From: an uncultured Neisseria sp.
GTDB taxonomy: Bacteria; Pseudomonadota; Gammaproteobacteria; Burkholderiales; Neisseriaceae
Assembly: GCA_937914605.1 (NCBI GenBank)
Contig: CALDNV010000399.1
Location: 1-36,574 of the forward strand
Direction of reading: 5' to 3'
DNA: 36,574 nt
In this document: piece after piece, positions 29,947 to 36,574 of the stretch
Layout of the letters: every line of letters starts with the position of its first letter
Position numbering within the stretch: position 1 is the stretch's first letter
Translations under genes and position numbers: made by a program
Notes under the pieces: model-generated
The model's input: only the letters and a program-made list of their open reading frames with translations
Databases searched by the model: none
Told to the model about the DNA's origin: nothing

Positions 29947-32682
29947 ATGTCAACTAAAACCACGTACTCTTTCTTCAATCTCGGACAAACAAGAGTTCAC
30001 ACTAAAAGTCAAACTTCTCAATCTAATCATGCAGTAGCCGCAAGCCAAGATCATGCCGGCCATGCTCCTTCTGCATTGAATAAATTGATTTACGACCATT
30101 CTTTTGGCGGTCTGAATCTGGCAGCAGCCCTCCCTAAACAATTGAGGGGACAGGATAAAATTTTTGGTCTGCAACATACGCCCTCTGCCGATACTGCCGC
30201 AGTCAATACTTCAAAAAATACCAAACCGGCGCCGGTTGCCGACCGCAGTAAATTAACCAGCAAAGAAATGGCCATCATGTCTCAGGTTCTCCGTGCTGAT
30301 GTCGTTGCACGCAAACAGGCAGAAGCTCAAGCAGCCAAAGAGCAGGTCATGGCAAAATACCAAGCTGCTAGACAGGCAGCTGTTGCCTCCGCCGCTGCAA
30401 GACATGCAGAAGCTATGGAAAAGGCAAAAGCCGCCGCTGCAGTACGTCAAGCCGAAGCCTTGGAAAAAGCCAAAGCAGCATCGGCTGCAAGACAGGCTGA
30501 AGCATTAGAAAAATCAAAAGCCGCACATGCAGCCAAACAAGCGGAAATTGCCGCTAAAACCAAAGCAATCCTGGCTGAAAAACAGGCTGCCGAGAAAGCG
30601 CAACATACTGAAAATGATGTTGCACACCATCATCAAACCAACGGTAAAGCGGCGCATTCAGCACCAGCGGTAACGGTTGCCCACAAACATGAAGACAATC
30701 AGGCTGGTGACAATAAAGAAACGGCTCGACACAATACTTCAAAATCCAATGAAGCCCATACTGCCAGACAGGCCGAACATCAAGCCAATCATCAAGATGA
30801 AGTAAAAGAAGAGGAGGTTTCCAACTACACCGTTCATCAATCGAAAGAATTTGGCAGATACATCGACGTCAATGATTTTGGCGCAGATCCTACCGGGAAA
30901 AAAGACAGCTTGGCAGCCATCAAAGCGGCATTGACTGCGGCACACAAAGAAAAAGCCATGCTGTTCATGGACGGTACTTACTATATTTCCGATCAAATTG
31001 TCATCAATGGCAATAATTCAGGGGTCAAAGGTATTTTTGGTTCGGGCATGGGCAAAACGCTGATCACCTTTGATAAAGCGCAGGTCGGTGTGTTCAACCC
31101 CAATACCAATCACGATGATATTCGCGCATTTGCCGGTATTTTGGTGGATGGACAAAGCCATAAAACGATTGCGAATCTTTCTGTTAAATATACCAATCCG
31201 GACTTTTACCGGAAGGGCTTGAGCTATTTCGGTAAAGTCAGCGGCATTTTGGTCAACGATGCCGACCATACTTTAATCAGCAAAGTCGAAGTATCCGGAG
31301 TCAACCGTGCCGGTGTAATGTTTACATCGACTGATGCATTGGTTCGGGAAGCAGGTAAGAGCCAAACTTACAAAGCGCGCGTCCAAAGCGGTGAGATCAA
31401 CGAACAATATGACCATCTGCCTTTGGGTGAGAATAACCGTATTGTCGACTCCTATCTGCACCACAACCGTGTTGCCGGCGCGATGGTCGGATATCAAAAG
31501 AACTTTGTCGGCGAAGGCAATAGATTGGAGTGGAACGGTCACGAGGCTGATGGCGGTACAGGTTATGGCATGACAGCCATGGCAGGCAGCTACAACTACG
31601 GCATTACTTTCCGCAACAATACGACCGATCATAACTACCGTAAAGGTTTGGATGTGCATGATGGTACCGGTATTGTTATCGAAAACAATGTCTTAAATGG
31701 CGACCGTCTGTATGGTATCGCTGCCTACAACCGCCAATTTTCCATGGATAACGTGAAAATTAAAGACAACGTTATTACGCAAGATCCGAATTTCCGTCTT
31801 TATATGGACGATGATTTAGGTAGGTATTACCACATGTATTCCGGCATCCAAGTGCAAACCAATACCCAATTGCGCGATTTGCATACGGCGGATAAAGGTT
31901 ATTACGACATCAGCGGCAATACCATTAAAAATTTGGCAGTGTACCAAAACCACATCCAAACTTATGGCATCGAATTCCGTAACCATGAAAACAAAATGAA
32001 TTACACGCTGAATATTACCGACAACAAAATCGACGGTGAGTCCACCAAATACCTGATGGCAGTGATTAACAACACATATGATCATGTCAGCAAACACGAC
32101 GGTATCGGTACGGGCACCATCAATATCAGCGACAATACTGCCAATATCGGAAAAATTGCACCGGGAGCCGTGCCGTTCTATTTTGAAGAACACCGCTCGG
32201 ATGTTCCCCTGCATGGTTCGATAACGTTAAACAACAACAATATTACCGTTCGCGAAGAGTCGGCCGGTTATCGTGAATTCGCCTATATGCGTACCAATGC
32301 CAAAGAGTACAACGTGACCAACAATACGTTGTCCCTCCACGGCAAACTGAACGATGCCATTGTGGATGTCAACAGTACCGGTGACGGTGTAGGAAAAGCC
32401 ACGTTGAATGTTGCCAACAATACCCTGCATACCGACATCAAAGGCAAACTGTATGCGACTTGGTTGAAACATGAGGCTGATATCGATACCTTTGCCGGCA
32501 GCAATACCCATAATGGCGACCAATTGAAAGATGTGAATACAACCGGTAAGGACATTGCGCTTTCTGATGTATTGGGTCATGTGCATAACAAAGTTGAAGC
32601 AATCCACGATACTGTTTATGCCAACCACCCGAAATATCCGACCATGATTGATGATCAGACTTACCATAACGGCATTTTGTAA
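29947..32682 (+). CDS. 911-aa protein: low-complexity/coiled-coil N-terminus plus pectate-lyase-3-like right-handed parallel beta-helix (putative glycan-binding or depolymerase)
   Basis: IDVNDFGADPTGKKDSLAAIKAAL…GTYYIS is the classic beta-helix cap motif (from ~30856), followed by many I/V-x-x-N ladders (IENNVL, IKDNVI, ISGNTI, ITDNKI, VTNNTL). No hydrophobic signal peptide. AGGG RBS. Confidence 0.85.
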   Translation: MSTKTTYSFFNLGQTRVHTKSQTSQSNHAVAASQDHAGHAPSALNKLIYDHSFGGLNLAAALPKQLRGQDKIFGLQHTPSADTAAVNTSKNTKPAPVADRSKLTSKEMAIMSQVLRADVVARKQAEAQAAKEQVMAKYQAARQAAVASAAARHAEAMEKAKAAAAVRQAEALEKAKAASAARQAEALEKSKAAHAAKQAEIAAKTKAILAEKQAAEKAQHTENDVAHHHQTNGKAAHSAPAVTVAHKHEDNQAGDNKETARHNTSKSNEAHTARQAEHQANHQDEVKEEEVSNYTVHQSKEFGRYIDVNDFGADPTGKKDSLAAIKAALTAAHKEKAMLFMDGTYYISDQIVINGNNSGVKGIFGSGMGKTLITFDKAQVGVFNPNTNHDDIRAFAGILVDGQSHKTIANLSVKYTNPDFYRKGLSYFGKVSGILVNDADHTLISKVEVSGVNRAGVMFTSTDALVREAGKSQTYKARVQSGEINEQYDHLPLGENNRIVDSYLHHNRVAGAMVGYQKNFVGEGNRLEWNGHEADGGTGYGMTAMAGSYNYGITFRNNTTDHNYRKGLDVHDGTGIVIENNVLNGDRLYGIAAYNRQFSMDNVKIKDNVITQDPNFRLYMDDDLGRYYHMYSGIQVQTNTQLRDLHTADKGYYDISGNTIKNLAVYQNHIQTYGIEFRNHENKMNYTLNITDNKIDGESTKYLMAVINNTYDHVSKHDGIGTGTINISDNTANIGKIAPGAVPFYFEEHRSDVPLHGSITLNNNNITVREESAGYREFAYMRTNAKEYNVTNNTLSLHGKLNDAIVDVNSTGDGVGKATLNVANNTLHTDIKGKLYATWLKHEADIDTFAGSNTHNGDQLKDVNTTGKDIALSDVLGHVHNKVEAIHDTVYANHPKYPTMIDDQTYHNGIL
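30394..30573 (+). repeat. Four tandem 45-bp (15-aa) coding repeats
   Basis: AARHAEAMEKAKAAA / AVRQAEALEKAKAAS / AARQAEALEKSKAAH / AAKQAEIAAKTKAIL. Confidence 0.85.
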
Positions 32683-32690
32683 TGGTGTTT

Positions 32691-32734
32691 AAAAGGTCGT
32701 CTGAAACGGTAAATTGCCGTTTCAGACGACCTTT
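32691..32734 (+). terminator. Extended mucDUS hairpin after the beta-helix gene
   Basis: AAAGGTCGTCTGAAACGGTAA…TTGCCGTTTCAGACGACCTTT. Confidence 0.8.
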
Positions 32735-32838
32735 CAGCGTTTTTAGAAACCGAACAATACAATGATGTTGTCACATTAAATTATTTGTGTTAAAAGTCAT
32801 TTACATTCCCATTGGATTGTTTTTTTAAGGAACAGTAA

Positions 32839-34146
32839 ATGAAAAAGACGTTTTGTCTAGTATTGGCGGCGGCATTTGGTTTGAGCGCATGCAGCAGCCT
32901 TGAAAACAAATCTGCCCATGAAATGATGGCAATTTCCCTTGATCGCGTCTATACGGATGATTACAGCTATAACATTGATAGCGAAGTGAAGTTTCATACT
33001 TCTACTGCCGAAGCAGGAGTAGCGCCGGAAAGCGAGAAGAAAGCCCGTTTGGAAGAAACAAAGAAGGATCAAGCCGAACTTGACAAACAAGTCAAAGAAT
33101 TGAACGAAGACGGAATCGAGCTTTCGGAAGAAGATCAGACCAAGCTGAAAGAAGCCTTGCTGGACACCGATAATGATAAATGGTTCCCTGAAATGATCGA
33201 TAAGTGGCAAGAATATCCGGTTGTCGGACGTTATTTGGAAGGTGTGCGTTTGAAATCGCATATAGCCATTGACCTGCCTGCCAAAAAAGCCGAATGGATT
33301 CCCGCTATTTCCATTAACCATCGCAATGAGCAATTGAATATCCAATCTCCCATGCTGATTGATGGTGAAAATCTCAGTCTGACTATTGACCAGCCATTGC
33401 TCAGTTCGATGATTATGAGCATCTTTACGAGCGAAGAGATCCGTAAGCGTTTGGCTGAAGAGCAACCAATAAGTATCCAGCTCAAAGATGAAGAGATGGT
33501 AAAAGGCATTCCTTTGCGTCATGCAGCAAAGGCGGCATTCAAAGCCTATATTGAAGCCAGCAAAGCTGCTCCTGCTGAGGCATACCGCCTTGAAAATATG
33601 GATGAATTCGGTAAGCAAAACAAAGCAAAATACCGCATCCATTACACCCATAAAGACGAATATGACCCGCTCTTTATCAACGCTTTCGCTAAAGAATTCA
33701 AAAAAGAATTTGATGCTCTGAAGAAAAAACCGGAGGAAGGCTCTACAGCTGAAGGCTACGAGAAAGTTGAAAAATTCTTTGGCGAGTTTATAGACAGTAC
33801 AAAAGAGAAAGGCCTCTCAATGCACTCCGGCTTTGAAAAGATGGTCGGCATGCCTCTCTATTATGACTACTATCTGAATGGAAAAGGCAGATTGTTGGCA
33901 ACGCGTATTTATACGCAGGTCAACAGCAAAAGCAACACTCAGGCGTTGAACATCGTTATGGAAAGTATTTACCACAATTACGGCAAACCCGTATTCAAGT
34001 TTAAGCCTGCAAGCGAAAAAGTCATCGACATAAAAGAGTTGACAGTACCTATCATATCTAGATTATTGTTGCCATCGGGTTATGACCCAGAGGCAGAAAC
34101 TGATTCCGAAGAAAATACTGAAGAACATTCAGCAACTGAAGAATAA
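32839..34146 (+). CDS. Hypothetical lipoprotein, 435 aa
   Basis: Lipobox in MKKTFCLVLAAAFGLSA-C, AAGGA RBS, acidic C-terminal tail and AT-richer codons. Confidence 0.85.
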   Translation: MKKTFCLVLAAAFGLSACSSLENKSAHEMMAISLDRVYTDDYSYNIDSEVKFHTSTAEAGVAPESEKKARLEETKKDQAELDKQVKELNEDGIELSEEDQTKLKEALLDTDNDKWFPEMIDKWQEYPVVGRYLEGVRLKSHIAIDLPAKKAEWIPAISINHRNEQLNIQSPMLIDGENLSLTIDQPLLSSMIMSIFTSEEIRKRLAEEQPISIQLKDEEMVKGIPLRHAAKAAFKAYIEASKAAPAEAYRLENMDEFGKQNKAKYRIHYTHKDEYDPLFINAFAKEFKKEFDALKKKPEEGSTAEGYEKVEKFFGEFIDSTKEKGLSMHSGFEKMVGMPLYYDYYLNGKGRLLATRIYTQVNSKSNTQALNIVMESIYHNYGKPVFKFKPASEKVIDIKELTVPIISRLLLPSGYDPEAETDSEENTEEHSATEE

Positions 34147-34157
34147 TCATCTGCCGA

Positions 34158-34190
34158 CAGGCCGCCGAGATTCTCGAGCGGCCTGCTTAT
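34158..34190 (+). terminator. GC-rich hairpin after the lipoprotein gene
   Basis: CAGGCCGC…GCGGCCTG stem with only a short T-rich tail. Confidence 0.55.
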
Positions 34191-34272
34191 TGCAAATTTG
34201 ACAGTGTTTACCTACGATGCGCCCTTGGTGCATTTCGTCTGAGTTTTTCAGACGACCTTTTTAAGGAAAACT

Positions 34273-34947
34273 ATGTTTGGAAACTTTGATTTCAGTTATG
34301 TGCTGCTTGCTATCCCACCGGTGATGCTTTCCTTGGTCATGCGTGAGATTGCACGCGGTTATGTTGCTTATCGCTGTGGCGACCCCACCGCATTACAATT
34401 CGGACGGTTGACATTAAATCCGATGGCGCATATCGATTTGATAGGAACAATCATCGTACCTGCGTTGAGCCTGGCGTTAACACCGTTTGTTTACGGCTGG
34501 GTACGCCCCATACCGATTAATGCCCGCAATTTTAAGAATGTGCGCAGCGCGCGGAGATGGATTGCCGTTGCCGGTCCGGTAACCAATCTGATTCTGGTGT
34601 ATTTCTGGGCGATGCTCTCGTTTTTAGGTGGCGCTGTCCCAGAGGCGTATGTTGACCCATTAATGATCATGACCCAGTTTGGTATGACAATCAATATAGT
34701 TTTGATCGTCATTAACCTGCTTCCGATTTTGCCGCTCGATGGTGGCGTCATTCTTGACTCTTTCCTCAATGCAAAATGGTCTATGAAGTTTCGTCAAATC
34801 GAACCTTATGGAACATGGATTGTTTTGGCTTTGCTTCTTACGGGCGCGTTGTCGGGTTTGATTAACTTATTTTCTCTGATGATAGGGAGTTCAGTCTCTA
34901 TCTTTACCGCATTGATTTTGGCAGGTATAGCCGACTTAGTAAAATAG
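34273..34947 (+). CDS. Site-2 protease (M50) family membrane protein with a degenerate zinc motif
   Basis: GDPTA…GRLTLNP, VAGPVTN and NLLPILPLDGG are present, but the HExxH position reads REIAR. Confidence 0.88.
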   Translation: MFGNFDFSYVLLAIPPVMLSLVMREIARGYVAYRCGDPTALQFGRLTLNPMAHIDLIGTIIVPALSLALTPFVYGWVRPIPINARNFKNVRSARRWIAVAGPVTNLILVYFWAMLSFLGGAVPEAYVDPLMIMTQFGMTINIVLIVINLLPILPLDGGVILDSFLNAKWSMKFRQIEPYGTWIVLALLLTGALSGLINLFSLMIGSSVSIFTALILAGIADLVK

Positions 34948-35078
34948 CAAGGTAAATGGAAAATAAAGGTCGTCTGAACTTTCAGACGACCTTTTTTCCT
35001 ATCCGTCAAAGTAAATCCCATTGGAAACCCTGCTTAAAAATTGTACAATGGCAGCCCTTTTCATACGGCGGTTTGACC

Positions 35079-36083
35079 ATGCGCATCGGCGGCTACATTA
35101 TCGACAATCCCATTGCACTCGCCCCGATGGCGGGCATTACGGACAAGCCCTTCCGCCGACTTTGCCGAGATTTTGGCGCGGGTTGGGCAGTGTGCGAAAT
35201 GCTGACCAGCGACCCGACGCTTAGAAATACCAAAAAGACCCTGCGCCGCAGCGATTTTGCCGATGAGGGCGGCATTGTTGCCGTCCAGATTGCCGGCAGC
35301 GATCCGCAGCAGATGGCGGATGCTGCGCGTTACAACGTCAGCCTCGGGGCGCAGGTTATCGACATCAACATGGGCTGTCCCGCCAAAAAAGTCTGCAATG
35401 TTCAAGCCGGCAGTGCGCTGATGCAAAACGAGCCGCTGGTTGCTGCCATTCTCGAAGCCGTCGTCCGCGCGGTGGACGTTCCCGTTACCCTCAAAACCCG
35501 TTTAGGCTGGCATGACGATCATAAAAACCTGCCTGCCATCGCCCGCATCGCCGAAGATTGCGGCATTGCCGCCCTTGCCGTCCACGGACGCACACGCACG
35601 CAAATGTACAAAGGCGAAGCAGCTTATGATCTGATTGCCGAAACCAAAGGTCGTCTGAACATCCCCGTTTGGGTTAACGGCGACATCACTTCGCCGCAAA
35701 AAGCCGCCGCCGTCCTCAAACAAACCGCCGCCGACGGCATCATGATAGGGCGCGGCGCACAAGGCAGGCCGTGGCTCTTCCGCGATTTGAAACATTATGC
35801 CGAACACGGCGTTTTGCCGCCTGCCTTGAGCTTGGCAGAATGCAACGACACCATTTTGAACCACATCCGCGCCATGCACGCGTTTTATGGCGAAGTCGCC
35901 GGCGTGCGCATCGCCCGCAAACACATAGGCTGGTACATCGACGAAATGCCTGACGGCGAGCAGACACGCCGGGACATCAACCGCTTGGACAGCGCAGCGG
36001 CACAATACGATACCCTAGCTGCCTATCTTGAGGCGCTTTCGGAAAAAACCGACCGCTGGGTGTGTGCATATCGTGAAGGGTAG
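35079..36083 (+). CDS. dusB: tRNA-dihydrouridine synthase B
   Basis: LAPMAGITDKPFR, IDINMGCPAKKV, HGRTR, NGDI and MIGRGAQGRPW motifs. Confidence 0.95.
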   Translation: MRIGGYIIDNPIALAPMAGITDKPFRRLCRDFGAGWAVCEMLTSDPTLRNTKKTLRRSDFADEGGIVAVQIAGSDPQQMADAARYNVSLGAQVIDINMGCPAKKVCNVQAGSALMQNEPLVAAILEAVVRAVDVPVTLKTRLGWHDDHKNLPAIARIAEDCGIAALAVHGRTRTQMYKGEAAYDLIAETKGRLNIPVWVNGDITSPQKAAAVLKQTAADGIMIGRGAQGRPWLFRDLKHYAEHGVLPPALSLAECNDTILNHIRAMHAFYGEVAGVRIARKHIGWYIDEMPDGEQTRRDINRLDSAAAQYDTLAAYLEALSEKTDRWVCAYREG

Positions 36084-36121
36084 GGCGTTTCAGACGACCT
36101 TTTTATTTTGGGGAAGTAAAT

Positions 36122-36493
36122 ATGAAATTGACGCCACGTCTCAAACGCTTCGGTATAGCCGCGCTGTTGCTGACAGGATTCGGCATTTACGCTTATGACT
36201 ACAATCTGATAGCTTGTAAATTAATGGATCGCTATTGGAATGAAGACAAAGGCAGGTGCATGAATCCCGATTGCCGTCAACATGATGCTTGCATGATGAG
36301 TGCATTTAAGAGTAAAGCAACATGCTAAACCATCCGCTCCGGTGACAGTTTGGACAAGGCTTGGTATGTACTGGGCGAACCTTGGTATGAGAAAAACGGG
36401 CGTTTCTTTTGGGATGATAAATATGGAGATCATGTAGCAGAAATCGAACCTGACGGAGAAAAGGTTGGCAAGATTACCTGCTTGGGGGAGTAG
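36122..36493 (+). pseudogene. Small exported Cys-rich protein gene interrupted by an in-frame TAA at 36326-36328
   Basis: The same frame stays open for 54 further codons (TIRSGDSLDKAWYVLGEPWYEKNGRFFWDDKYGDHVAEIEPDGEKVGKITCLGE) to a TAG at 36491-36493. N-terminal signal/anchor present. Confidence 0.65.
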
Positions 36494-36574
36494 GTTGCGT
36501 GGACTGTAATCCGGCATGGTGAAGGCTTGATGGTTAATCTTCATTCATTCTTAAAGGCTGATGTGCCTTTCTAC

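Noticed and set aside
29947..32682. Prophage tailspike, autotransporter or RTX toxin interpretation of the 911-aa gene
   Set aside because: There are no phage genes or integrase nearby, no signal peptide or C-terminal beta-barrel ending in an aromatic residue, and no GGxGxD repeats.
36221..36544. 107-aa minus-strand ORF at the window end
   Set aside because: It overlaps the better-supported + strand interrupted gene and has no recognisable features.

Overview
Chromosomal segment of a commensal Neisseria, most likely the N. mucosa/N. sicca/N. macacae group. This assignment rests on dense AGGTCGTCTGAA 'mucDUS' DNA uptake sequences and on Correia elements. Most of the window is housekeeping genes: gcvP, gdhR, an LldP-type lactate permease, holA, lptE, pip, aspC, gluP, two NhaC-family transporters, nth, degP-like, nagZ, gdhA, thyA, lapB/lapA, ilvE and dusB. 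These are separated by DUS inverted-repeat terminators. The accessory-looking parts are four. (i) An AT-richer block after ilvE has a long structured leader, a 911-aa protein with no signal peptide (15-residue coiled-coil repeats plus a pectate-lyase-3-like beta-helix) and a 435-aa lipoprotein of unknown function. (ii) An orphan secreted DUF4189 protein sits after pip. (iii) An intact gdhR/lactate-permease divergon has two LldR/PdhR-type operators, each just downstream of a predicted promoter. (iv) A site-2 protease homologue lacks its zinc histidines, and a small Cys-rich gene after dusB is interrupted by an in-frame stop. I saw no rRNA, tRNA, CRISPR array, transposase or integrase. All calls come from reading the sequence and recalling protein families; no searches were run.
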